Virus record (IMG/VR): IMGVR_UViG_3300025127_000041
Span: 1-58,157 of that record
Reading direction: 5' to 3' (one strand)
Source: a virus
Taxonomy: Duplodnaviria > Caudoviricetes
Length of the DNA: 58,157 bases
The notes below the pieces were generated by a model. That model made no database searches, was not told the DNA's origin, and saw only the letters and a list, made by a program, of their open reading frames with translations. A program made the translations under genes and the position numbers. This document shows positions 49,792-58,157 of the stretch, piece after piece. Position 1 is the stretch's first letter; the number at the start of each line of letters is the position of its first letter.

Positions 49792-50106
49792 TTAGAAGGG
49801 CATTTGCTCCTGTGGTTCAGAGGCTTTAACCTCGATCCTCCAGGCCTCAAGCGTGTTGAAGTACTTGACATCCCCCTGGGGTGACGTCCACTCACGTCCA
49901 CGTATATTGAACGCTACCTCTACCTCTTGCCCCTCTCCTATGGTGTCGACAAGACTAACCTTGTCCTGCACCAACTGAAAGGAAATGCTTTGTGGGTACT
50001 TGTCTGCCTGATCGTTCAGGACAAACATTCTTTTTTTGAACTTGTCGTTCACTTGTTCTGTGTCGAAAATCTTTTCAACGACACCTGTCATTTTAAATTG
50101 ATCCAT
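49792..50106 (-). CDS. ssb: Single-stranded DNA-binding protein (DUF3127-like)
   Basis: FKKR.FV, YPQ.I.FQ, FNIRGREW, YFNTLEAW; C-terminal MPF. Confidence 0.8.
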   Translation of the reverse strand: MDQFKMTGVVEKIFDTEQVNDKFKKRMFVLNDQADKYPQSISFQLVQDKVSLVDTIGEGQEVEVAFNIRGREWTSPQGDVKYFNTLEAWRIEVKASEPQEQMPF

Positions 50107-50874
50107 TTATTTGTTTTTATTATTTAAAAATTTTACGTATTCATCTGCATAGACAACAGCCGCATTAAGTCTTGCGTCCATGTGTGCTATGTCTTCCTCT
50201 GTCAGTGTCACCTTCACAATAGTGGCACGTAGATGATCCTCAAGTGAGTCCATATAGTGCAGGCTGTCGTTCTCGTGATCTGGCATAAGTTCCTCTGGCG
50301 TGGTTGTCAGTATGTATGCGATCTCACCATCCGACCATATCTCTCCAGTATTCTTTGTGAGCATGTACAGATACATCTTTACCTGCCACTCGTACTTTGA
50401 ATTGCTTGGTGGTCTCTTGGGGAAAGTCTTCTTTGACCAGCTTGACTTGATGTCTATCACCTTTCTACCCCTTTCGTCAACGATGTCAGGGTGACCCGTG
50501 CATACACCGTGTGACAGTGAGTGATGCTTATCAAACTCCTCACACTTGTGATGGTTGGTAAAAAAGATTCTGTTGTATATATCTATCGAATCGCCCTCCA
50601 CATCAGTACCCTTAGTCATCTCCCTGGTTCTTATACTGTCCTTGTACTCATATATCTGCTCGTCTATAGACTGTTCGATAAGTGTCTTTGCACCCTCACC
50701 GAGAGTGACTGGTGCATTTTGCTTATCCGTTAGTTCAGCGAGCTTCTTCAACTGATTTTCCGTAAGCTTACCCTTCTTGGCCAGTAGGCCGTCGAGTGTC
50801 TCCGTCTGCTTGACCGTCAGGCCGTCTGTCCCAGTGAACAGAGCCGAGCAGTTACTTGCTCTTACCTTCAGCAT
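50107..50874 (-). CDS. YqaJ/lambda-exo-like PD-(D/E)xK exonuclease
   Basis: RAS, KGTDVE, GHPDI, DIKSSW, YEWQ...Y. Confidence 0.8.
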   Translation of the reverse strand: MLKVRASNCSALFTGTDGLTVKQTETLDGLLAKKGKLTENQLKKLAELTDKQNAPVTLGEGAKTLIEQSIDEQIYEYKDSIRTREMTKGTDVEGDSIDIYNRIFFTNHHKCEEFDKHHSLSHGVCTGHPDIVDERGRKVIDIKSSWSKKTFPKRPPSNSKYEWQVKMYLYMLTKNTGEIWSDGEIAYILTTTPEELMPDHENDSLHYMDSLEDHLRATIVKVTLTEEDIAHMDARLNAAVVYADEYVKFLNNKNK

Positions 50875-51343
50875 CCTGCAAGGTTTTAAGTTGTGAATCA
50901 GTCAGGTCAAATGAGGCAGATATCTTCTTGACGGTCGATCGTCCGTTAGATAATGACTCCTTGGCCTTCTCCATCATATCGTCAGTGAGTAGCTTCTTGG
51001 TCTTCTTTGGCAGTGGCCTGGTACTGAAACGCAGTGCCTCTACCATACCCTGAGGTGACTTGACCTTCTCTGTCCCTAGGACGATCTGCTTACCGATATA
51101 CTGATTGAAGTCGAAGGTGTCGAAGAACTTTTCCAACCTCTTAAAGTTTGATCGGTTACATATCATTGGCTTGTCGAACTCCTTGAGCTGAAGGAATACT
51201 TTCTCTTCCTTTCCAAACTCACTAACGAAGTCTCCCTGATAGATCTTTTCTATCGTCACCATACGTGGCTCATACTTTCCATTGACCTCCAAGTCCCATG
51301 AGCCGAGGTACTTGTTGTCTTTCATTAAATTTCTCCAGTGCAT
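50852..51343 (-). CDS. Hypothetical protein, possible ssDNA-annealing partner of the exonuclease
   Basis: HWR...YLGSWDL; upstream of exo and ssb. Confidence 0.5.
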   Translation of the reverse strand: MHWRNLMKDNKYLGSWDLEVNGKYEPRMVTIEKIYQGDFVSEFGKEEKVFLQLKEFDKPMICNRSNFKRLEKFFDTFDFNQYIGKQIVLGTEKVKSPQGMVEALRFSTRPLPKKTKKLLTDDMMEKAKESLSNGRSTVKKISASFDLTDSQLKTLQDAEGKSK

Positions 51344-51369
51344 ATTAAATTAAATTAGGGTTTACAATA

Positions 51370-51771
51370 TTACGAATATTTTGTTAATAAGTTACGGTAT
51401 TTGTTGATTTTTTTTTGCACATCTATGCGACTTTCCCGTAGTTGCTCGATCATACGCTCATTTCTTGAGCTTATGTATCGTCTCATTATATCGTTTATTC
51501 TGTTCAGTTTCTGGTTGTGTACCATTACGTTTAACTGGCAGCATCCTTTCATCCATCCCTCGTTGACAAATATTGGGTATATCTCGTCCCATCTGTTGTC
51601 TTCTGTGATTGGCTCGTACTTGTCGTTGCGTGTCATCACGTTGTGTAACTCAATTCGTCCATCCTTGTGGAACTTTTCTATTTTTACACCCATGTCGACA
51701 TACCAGTCGCTATACTCTGTCCAGTACATCTGCTTGGTCTGGTCGCTTACCAGGTCGTCCCAGGCCTTCAT
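51370..51771 (-). CDS. Hypothetical protein
   Basis: ORF with ATGA coupling. Confidence 0.65.
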   Translation of the reverse strand: MKAWDDLVSDQTKQMYWTEYSDWYVDMGVKIEKFHKDGRIELHNVMTRNDKYEPITEDNRWDEIYPIFVNEGWMKGCCQLNVMVHNQKLNRINDIMRRYISSRNERMIEQLRESRIDVQKKINKYRNLLTKYS

Positions 51772-52157
51772 AGTCTTCTGTATACTAGGTCATACGTATA
51801 TCCGTCATAGTCATCATAACTGAATAGGTATGTGTCTTTATCTTTTATCTCTCTCAGTACTACGTCATACTCGTCCTTATACTCTATAGCATAGAGTATG
51901 TATACGTGATTTTTTCTGTCACTCTCAAAGTATCTGAACATCAAAACCCTTGAGTCTTTATCCACACTAAACCCATTCATATTTACCTCATAGAAGTCAT
52001 ACACATGTAGGCATATTTCTATGGCTTCGGACTTGTCGTATGCCCTGCATAGATACTCTGCATCCCCCATGTATGTAAAACCTTTTGGGACATTAAATGG
52101 TTGTGCGATTAAATTAGTGCTGAACATCAGCACCATAATTAAAATTAGATTTTTCAT
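51768..52157 (-). CDS. Hypothetical protein with Sec signal peptide
   Basis: MKNLILIMVLMFSTNLIA|Q, Bacteroidota-style cleavage before Gln. Confidence 0.65.
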   Translation of the reverse strand: MKNLILIMVLMFSTNLIAQPFNVPKGFTYMGDAEYLCRAYDKSEAIEICLHVYDFYEVNMNGFSVDKDSRVLMFRYFESDRKNHVYILYAIEYKDEYDVVLREIKDKDTYLFSYDDYDGYTYDLVYRRL

Positions 52158-52178
52158 TGTATTTGTTTTTGTATTAAA

Positions 52179-52364
52179 TTAATTTGGTTCTAAGTCCTTT
52201 ATGAGTATCTGAACGATACTCTCCTCTATGTATAACAACTCTGCCGTTTCGAAGAAGAAGTTGAAGTAGTTCAACGCCATCTCCTCATCCTCGCAGTGTA
52301 TCTTTGTCAGTGACTCCTCTCCGTTCATCGTGAATTTAATCACGAAAGCTTTTCCGTTTATCAT
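52179..52364 (-). CDS. Hypothetical protein
   Basis: ATG 52364; TACATTTG at 52371-52378 with an upstream TTTG. Confidence 0.55.
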   Translation of the reverse strand: MINGKAFVIKFTMNGEESLTKIHCEDEEMALNYFNFFFETAELLYIEESIVQILIKDLEPN

Positions 52365-52487
52365 AACCTGCAAATGTATAAAATGTTACGTCCCTTACCA
52401 AACTTTCTGAGTGCGTCTTGGTAACTTAACGCCTTGATCGTCTTGCCAGTGCATAGGTTGTGACCTATCATGTAGCATATGTGAAAG

Positions 52488-52643
52488 CTAGTCATAGTTC
52501 ACCTCCTCATCTATCGAAATCAAGTGTAACTGTCCTCTGTCTTTACACTTGTGACATTTCTTGTATGTCTGTATGTGATTAAACTTATAAGTATAATCAC
52601 AATCATCACATCGGTATGTGTATATTTTTCTTTCTTTACTCAT
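52488..52643 (-). CDS. Small zinc-ribbon protein, 51 aa
   Basis: Read manually: YRCDDC...KKCHKC. Confidence 0.6.
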   Translation of the reverse strand: MSKERKIYTYRCDDCDYTYKFNHIQTYKKCHKCKDRGQLHLISIDEEVNYD

Positions 52644-52848
52644 TTTCTTTGTTTTTTTTTAGATGTTGAACTATATCTTCCTCACAAGATGTAAATGTTT
52701 TAACTGTAACATTATAAATCTTTTTGAGATCATGTATAGCTCTTACACCACGATTCATGTAATGTAAATCTGTAGTGTAAACTTTTCTTTTTTCTAATGT
52801 ATTAGTATCAGGGCATCTGGCTTCTATGATCCTCAATGTTCTACTCAT
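52636..52848 (-). CDS. Hypothetical protein
   Basis: ORF in early operon. Confidence 0.55.
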   Translation of the reverse strand: MSRTLRIIEARCPDTNTLEKRKVYTTDLHYMNRGVRAIHDLKKIYNVTVKTFTSCEEDIVQHLKKNKENE

Positions 52849-53168
52849 TTCTCTTTTGCTTTTTGTTTTTAATTAAAAGTTTTTTTAATTGATATATGTC
52901 ACTATGCACCTTGGCATCATACAATAGATTGCCCTTCAGTGTACTCTTTAATGCCCTAATCTCTGCCTTTATATCTTTTTCCATCATCTTAAGTATATGT
53001 TTATGTATCTCGTTATCTTTACATCATCCCCTCCATATCTCTCCATTAGTTCGTCAGTTCGATTGCCCATCAGGATGATGTGCCTCCTTGATATCTGTAC
53101 CCTATAGAAGTGATCGATATCTATACCCCTGACTCGGCATACATGGTCGAGGTATCTCATCATCACCC

Positions 53169-53381
53169 TCATCTCGTTAGGGTTTTTGCTATCTCACTTA
53201 TCTTGGACTCCAGGATGACTATCTGTCTGTCATGCCGTAAGACAGATCGCCTGTCCTTTTCCTTCAAATCTACGCAATCTTCTGGATACATGTCTATGTT
53301 CTCATCTAGTATGTCAATCTGATTGTTAAGGGACTCTATCCTCTCTACTATCTCAAGTAGTTTCTCTATCTTTTTTTTCAT
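53169..53381 (-). CDS. Hypothetical coiled-coil protein
   Basis: ORF in early operon. Confidence 0.55.
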   Translation of the reverse strand: MKKKIEKLLEIVERIESLNNQIDILDENIDMYPEDCVDLKEKDRRSVLRHDRQIVILESKISEIAKTLTR

Positions 53382-53383
53382 AT

Positions 53384-53644
53384 CTATTTATTAATTATTA
53401 ATTCTATCTCTTGCATAAGTATATCGTCAGTCATGTTATGTCTTCCCTCTACATGCATCAGGTTGTGAGGTCTCAGGTGCGTGAACTCATGTTCCTCGTA
53501 CTCTATCTCGTCATTCAGTCCATTGAACGATACTTCAACGCTCTCTACCCTTACCTCATGCTCCACCTCTGCCTCGTATACCGATTGACCGACATATATA
53601 ACTATGTTTCTCTCGTCTGTGTATTCTATCTCTATCTTTTTCAT
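53384..53644 (-). CDS. Hypothetical acidic protein
   Basis: ORF in early operon. Confidence 0.55.
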   Translation of the reverse strand: MKKIEIEYTDERNIVIYVGQSVYEAEVEHEVRVESVEVSFNGLNDEIEYEEHEFTHLRPHNLMHVEGRHNMTDDILMQEIELIINK

Positions 53645-53662
53645 TTGATTTTGTTTTAATTC

Positions 53663-54121
53663 TTAACAGTAATATTGATTTCTCAAATTTTCATTCTCGC
53701 CCTCGTAAAACTCTTTACATAGTATGTATCCCTCTCCGTATTGGTCTGTCCCAATCTCAACATCTTCTGAATTCAGCACAAGTCTCATGGTGTGGTAGTA
53801 CCATCCACCCTCCTCATGACCACCGAAGTGTTGCTCTCTTATGTATATAGACTCGATTTTTTTAGACTCATGTGTCACCTCGTAAAGTCTTTTGATTGTT
53901 TCAAGGTCTGACTCATCGAACTCTATCTCTACCGATACATTCATCTCTGTCTTTGGTTGAAACTTTTTCGACTCGTAGTACTTATCGAAGAAGTCCTTGT
54001 CGTCTGTCAGGTACACATCATCCGAGTATAACTCATCTATCGTGTACGCTACTTTCTCCCTGTCGTATTCGTCACAATCGAATGGTACGAATTGGAATCT
54101 TTTTAACTGATATCTTTTCAT
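53663..54121 (-). CDS. Hypothetical protein with FGGHEEGGWYY motif
   Basis: GGxEEGGW motif recurrent in phage early proteins; ends YYC. Confidence 0.65.
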   Translation of the reverse strand: MKRYQLKRFQFVPFDCDEYDREKVAYTIDELYSDDVYLTDDKDFFDKYYESKKFQPKTEMNVSVEIEFDESDLETIKRLYEVTHESKKIESIYIREQHFGGHEEGGWYYHTMRLVLNSEDVEIGTDQYGEGYILCKEFYEGENENLRNQYYC

Positions 54122-54123
54122 CT

Positions 54124-54342
54124 CTATAAATTTTTAAGGTTAATAAATTTCCCGTTGAATCTGATTCTTATGTCAGACATCTTAATCTCTCTTTCCTCGT
54201 CATCCGATAGCATCTCAAGTAGGTTGTCCTTCATCTCCTTCTTCGTCATTGAATATGACATCATGTTGTTGCCGTCTGTCATGTCGTAGTCGTAGAAGAA
54301 TCCAGTTGGACTCTCCTTTATGTTGATCATTAATTTTTTCAT
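54124..54342 (-). CDS. Hypothetical protein
   Basis: ORF with ATGA coupling. Confidence 0.55.
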   Translation of the reverse strand: MKKLMINIKESPTGFFYDYDMTDGNNMMSYSMTKKEMKDNLLEMLSDDEEREIKMSDIRIRFNGKFINLKNL

Positions 54343-54533
54343 GTGTTCAATTTTAATTCGTTAAACGTAATCTCTATGTCTGTAGGTATCTTCTGCTCAA
54401 CACCATATTCGTCTGTACCTATCACAAGGGTAAACATATAGTTGCCCTTTGTGTCGTACATGTCCTTCTCCTTGCAGTCGGTCAGTACTATAACCTCTTT
54501 GTCTAAAAGTGTCTCAAAAATTCTCATCTCCAT
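54339..54533 (-). CDS. Hypothetical protein
   Basis: ORF in early operon. Confidence 0.55.
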   Translation of the reverse strand: MEMRIFETLLDKEVIVLTDCKEKDMYDTKGNYMFTLVIGTDEYGVEQKIPTDIEITFNELKLNT

Positions 54534-54553
54534 AAATTTAATTGGTTAGTAAA

Positions 54554-54709
54554 TTACTTGTACCAGATCTCGTCCAATACATAGTTCTTGTCTCGCATCA
54601 TCTTCCTGATGAACGCATTTAAGTGTTGTTTATTGTTCAGTTGCTTTGTTATGTACCATGACCTACCGTCAGGTAGTCTGAACTTTATCTCTGCTATAAT
54701 TGTATCCAT
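54554..54709 (-). CDS. Small hypothetical protein, 51 aa
   Basis: Read manually (MDTIIAEIKFRLPDGR...). Confidence 0.5.
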   Translation of the reverse strand: MDTIIAEIKFRLPDGRSWYITKQLNNKQHLNAFIRKMMRDKNYVLDEIWYK

Positions 54710-54719
54710 AATGTGTTGA

Positions 54720-55052
54720 TTGATGTTGGTTTTTGTTGAAAGGTGTTAAGAAATGTTGGTTTTTTTTTGAACCAACATCTCTGTACCCCTTGTTATTACT
54801 ATGTTTCTTTAATGAAATGTTAGAATGTTAGTTTTTTTCCTTCTGTGAGAAAAAAATAAAATATATATATATATAGTACTATTATGGGGAGATATAATTT
54901 CTCCACGATTTGTAATATTTCTAACATTCCAACATTATTGTCTGTAACCGATTGATTGTCAGTCAGTTAGACGATGTTGGTCTGTTTTAAAACCAACATG
55001 GCGTAACATTCTATCGGCTAATTGATTGATTGTCAGGCAGGTATGTTAACAT
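54720..55052. other. Putative replication origin: ATGTTRG/CYAACAT iterons around an AT core
   Basis: About 10 heptamer copies arranged symmetrically around (AT)n at 54861-54875; non-coding. Confidence 0.6.
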
Positions 55053-55510
55053 TATTGGTTTTTATGGTTTCTAACTAACTCGTCTATCTTCATCTCCAGG
55101 TAGGTCGCCTTCTGCGTCATAGTTCCTGCACCCTGACCTTTCGGTAGGTCTATGTCATTGCCTGACTTGAAGTCGTGTATCGCCTTCTGATTGTTACGCA
55201 GACCTTTTACAACTGCATTGCGTAGGTCTAAGGTTACGTTTGTGATGTCGAGGTATAGTTTACCCTTCTCAAACCATCCTCCAAGATGATTGTCTATTGA
55301 GTATAACTCTACACCCTTTTCTTTTATGTATTGCCTTACTGCATCTTCGACATCTGATATAGTGAACCCACCATTCAGTGTGTTGTGTATCTTCTCGTGT
55401 CCGAAGATCGAGTATGCGTATCCCTTGAACTCATGCTCTCCTGATACAAGGTTGAATGTTGCACCACCATTCTCAAGTAATGCTCTGCTGAATTGTTTTA
55501 AGTTTTTCAT
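55052..55510 (-). CDS. Hypothetical early protein
   Basis: GATFN...LGGW...LYLDI...QKAIHD motif. Confidence 0.7.
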   Translation of the reverse strand: MKNLKQFSRALLENGGATFNLVSGEHEFKGYAYSIFGHEKIHNTLNGGFTISDVEDAVRQYIKEKGVELYSIDNHLGGWFEKGKLYLDITNVTLDLRNAVVKGLRNNQKAIHDFKSGNDIDLPKGQGAGTMTQKATYLEMKIDELVRNHKNQ

Positions 55511-55653
55511 CTCTATTTGTTTTCTTTGGTTAGTAATAATTGTATCTTGTATTTCATCCTCAATAGGAAGTATCCGATACGACTTTCATCATCTCGAAGT
55601 AGGTTGTACTTGTCTGATGCTATTAGTTTTTTTAAATAACGTGTCTTCATGAT

Positions 55654-56109
55654 TTATTTTTGTGGGTTATTAATTAATTCTACATCTTGTAATTGCTTTC
55701 CAAATTCGTGTGAATGTAATGCTCTCTTGTATGTCATTGTCTTGTACTTATCAGGTCTACGTAATGACTTTAATACATTCAATGCAGTAGTTCCGTTAGG
55801 CATCTCGTATTCAATCAGGAAGCCATTCTTACTTGTCGCTACCACAACACCATCTCTGACTCCTTGATTTCTGTAAACATCTACCTGCAACCCTATACTT
55901 TTATTGTTCTGTATTGCCTTATATCTATCCACGATTCTGTATAGCTTTTTTAAGAATGATTCATCTACATTTGATACCTCTAAGATTTCTCCAAAGCTAT
56001 CGTCCATATCTCCTACCTTATCCAGGTAAGATGCAAGACTATTTAAGTCTCTTACTGTTGCTACGTAGTTCTTATTGATACGTAGGTATACATGTTCTAT
56101 CTTATTCAT
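55654..56109 (-). CDS. Hypothetical early protein
   Basis: 151-aa ORF. Confidence 0.65.
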   Translation of the reverse strand: MNKIEHVYLRINKNYVATVRDLNSLASYLDKVGDMDDSFGEILEVSNVDESFLKKLYRIVDRYKAIQNNKSIGLQVDVYRNQGVRDGVVVATSKNGFLIEYEMPNGTTALNVLKSLRRPDKYKTMTYKRALHSHEFGKQLQDVELINNPQK

Positions 56110-56120
56110 TTCTATTTGTT

Positions 56121-56246
56121 TTAATGTGTTATTACTAATTCGTCTTTGTCCGTTCCATGTGCTACGGAATTATATGCCACCAATGTTATCATAATTGATA
56201 TGATTATCATTGTTACTACACTCATTACTTTTTCTGCTCTTGCCAT
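56121..56246 (-). CDS. Small membrane protein, 41 aa
   Basis: Read manually; one TM segment; preceded by the repeated leader motif. Confidence 0.5.
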   Translation of the reverse strand: MARAEKVMSVVTMIIISIMITLVAYNSVAHGTDKDELVITH

Positions 56247-56258
56247 GATTATTTGTTT

Positions 56259-56537
56259 TTATTGGTTATTGTATTCGTAATCGTTTATAATTCTCATCAG
56301 CCCTATGATACCCTTGTCATTACCTATCTTCATATCCCATTCCTCTGAATCTTGGTGGTGTATTGAATGACCGATCTTATCCAATGTGGATAGATGACCA
56401 TTCATCTCTATCTGAATCAAGTCGTGTAGGGTTACGGTAAAGAATTCCTCTATACTATCTATGAATACCATTGATAACTTTTTCTTTTTAGATATCTCAT
56501 CCATTTTTATTGCTAAATTTTTTAATGCTTCGTTCAT
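56259..56537 (-). CDS. Hypothetical early protein
   Basis: ORF preceded by the repeated leader motif. Confidence 0.65.
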   Translation of the reverse strand: MNEALKNLAIKMDEISKKKKLSMVFIDSIEEFFTVTLHDLIQIEMNGHLSTLDKIGHSIHHQDSEEWDMKIGNDKGIIGLMRIINDYEYNNQ

Positions 56538-56539
56538 GA

Positions 56540-56719
56540 TTATTTGTTTTTATTGGTTATTAATTTTCTTAATATGTCATTGGTTAAATTCATCTCTGTT
56601 TCTGCATAGTATTCTTCATCTACAAAGTCTTCAGATTCCTCTACATATTTATCTAACATTGGATTTAATACATCCTCTAAAAAAGATAATTCTTCGTTTG
56701 TTAATTCTATCTTGTTCAT
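56540..56719 (-). CDS. Small acidic early protein (start probably ATG 56719)
   Basis: MNKIELTNEE...; very acidic. Confidence 0.55.
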   Translation of the reverse strand: MNKIELTNEELSFLEDVLNPMLDKYVEESEDFVDEEYYAETEMNLTNDILRKLITNKNK

Positions 56720-56767
56720 CTCTATTTTTATTGGGGGGGGGACTTTCATCCCCCATTGGTTATTAAT

Positions 56768-57085
56768 TTATCTCTCTAAATTTCTATAGTTTACTGATTC
56801 TCTTAGTATTAAAACGCAGTACTTTCCTTTATACTTTGGGTTTTGAGAATTGGGATTATAGTTTAATTTATTTCCATTACTTAAAATAATTTGTCTTCCG
56901 TTTCTTGCAAAGTCTACTATGGTAACCTTGTACATATCGCAGTAGTTGTAATAAGTGCATTCGATAGGGTTAATAAGTAGTTCGGCTCTTGCAAGTGTGC
57001 GTTCTTCTTTAGACAAACCATTTAATCGATTAAATAATTCGCTTTGTAATTTTGCTTCTAATTCTCTTTTGTTTAATCTTTTCAT
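56768..57085 (-). CDS. First early gene, hypothetical
   Basis: Downstream of promoter 57219-57226 and the tRNA-like element. Confidence 0.65.
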   Translation of the reverse strand: MKRLNKRELEAKLQSELFNRLNGLSKEERTLARAELLINPIECTYYNYCDMYKVTIVDFARNGRQIILSNGNKLNYNPNSQNPKYKGKYCVLILRESVNYRNLER

Positions 57086-57104
57086 GATGTTTGTTTTTAT
57101 TGGT

Positions 57105-57151
57105 TAGTGGTCGGTAGGGGAATCGAACCCCTACTCCCAACCGTTCCGACC
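57105..57151 (-). ncRNA. tRNA top-half mimic (acceptor stem plus T-arm only)
   Basis: - strand GGTCG...GTAGGGG-TTCGATT-CCCCTAC-CGACC-A-CTA. Confidence 0.55.
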
Positions 57152-57218
57152 TAATCTACATTTAAGGGTTTTACAATCCCACCTACCCTCAAAGGACTAT
57201 GTTTAAAGTGTTAGCACA

Positions 57219-57226
57219 CAAATGTA
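57219..57226 (-). promoter_or_regulatory. TAnnTTTG early promoter element
   Basis: caaatgta on + equals TACATTTG on -. Confidence 0.5.
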
Positions 57227-57622
57227 AATTTTGATGTTTTCGGTTACATTGACTCACGAACGTCTTTGGTTTTACCTTCAGCAATTGCTCAAGTTAAAGA
57301 CTTGTGTTCGGCTAGTCGTCAGCCACCTGCTATGTATGGTTAGTACTCGCAGTTCCGATATTAATACCCTCGAAGGGGGAGTGGAACTTTTTGCTTCGCC
57401 CTCTAGGGGTTACTAGAAACGTGTTATCCTATCACGTGATTTCTTTAGTAGCGTGGGCATATGCCCCATGTCCTTTCATCTCATTCGCTATGGCTTGTCG
57501 CCTCGTTGTAAATCTCAACAGTTGCTCGTTTGCATCTGGAATCAAATCTCGTAATACTTAATCGTTCTCACAAGGCTTTTTTGGTCGGTGTTTGAAGATT
57601 ACATGAAAACACATAGACCGAT

Positions 57623-57664
57623 CTAAGTAGTAATACGTAGGGGGTACTAAGTAGTTATACGTAG
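57623..57664. repeat. 18-bp imperfect direct repeat CTAAGTAGT(A/T)ATACGTAG x2
   Basis: 57623-57640 and 57647-57664, one mismatch. Confidence 0.85.
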
Positions 57665-57991
57665 CGTGACACTTTTGTGTGACATTATTTTGCTTTGTAA
57701 TCCATTGTAAATCAAGTACTTATAATTAATTTCTTATTAACAAGTATTTATTATGTTTTTTATTAGGTATCGCTTCGGCATATGCTATTCTCTTTCTCTT
57801 AATGTGTAAGTGAAATAGAATATATGTCGCTTCAGATAGACATATCGGAATATCGGCTCTACAGCCCCCGTCATTACTGGATTTTTTTATATCTCTGATT
57901 TTTAATGGTATGATACTAGCGAGATGTTAAAGCCTCTTAAATCGCTTCTAAATGCCCTCTATGAACATTTCGTCATTTTATCAACATTTAC

Positions 57992-58055
57992 TATGCATGC
58001 ATATATTATGCACGCATAACAAATCGATCGACCAATCAATTACTATGCTCGCATA
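57992..58055. promoter_or_regulatory. Three TATGC-N2-GCATA palindromes (putative operators)
   Basis: 57992-58003, 58007-58018, 58044-58055. Confidence 0.6.
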
Positions 58056-58157
58056 ATAAATCATATTGCCTCACGCATGTGTGTGCAGACGCACACGTAC
58101 ACACATACGTGTGTACACGCACATGTGCGTACATGCGTACATGCGTACATGCGTACA
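58031..58157. repeat. Terminal direct repeat, copy of 1-127
   Basis: Exact match to positions 1-127. Confidence 0.95.

Noticed and set aside
54537-57106. CRISPR array from the repeated ttattggtta motifs
   Set aside because: Irregular spacing, intervening sequences are whole genes, and no cas genes are present
57105-57151. Functional tRNA gene or attP
   Set aside because: No D or anticodon arm, no encoded CCA after the discriminator, and no integrase recognised
57231-57416. 61-aa ORF in the control region
   Set aside because: TTG start, isolated orientation and atypical composition; more likely non-coding

Overview
This window looks like a complete, circularly assembled ~58.0 kb tailed dsDNA phage genome; bases 1-127 are repeated exactly at 58031-58157. 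It most likely infects a Bacteroidota/Flavobacteria host, because TAnnTTTG promoters precede many genes and Shine-Dalgarno sites are not evident. The + strand (~424-43410) carries GroEL/GroES, small basic proteins, four LamG-like paralogues, a lysis module, terminase, portal, scaffold, major capsid, podovirus/crAss-like ring and muzzle proteins, ejection proteins and a 2929-aa polyvalent protein. The - strand (43411-57085) carries a metallophosphoesterase, VRR-NUC nuclease, SF2 helicase, primase-helicase, SSB, exonuclease and many small early genes. No DNA polymerase, integrase or complete tRNA was recognised. The most striking candidate system is a module that splits the muzzle gene. It consists of a Cys-rich virion protein with three codon-diverse poly-Thr linkers, overlapped by a glycosyltransferase resembling eukaryotic protein O-glycosyltransferases (HPAT/SERGT1 type), suggesting mucin-like virion O-glycosylation. 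Other highlights are a conserved-flank/variable-core LamG array, a tRNA top-half mimic in the early leader, a possible large structured RNA, a kissing-loop terminator before the primase, and a mirror-symmetric iteron origin. All product calls come from motif recognition by eye; no searches were run.
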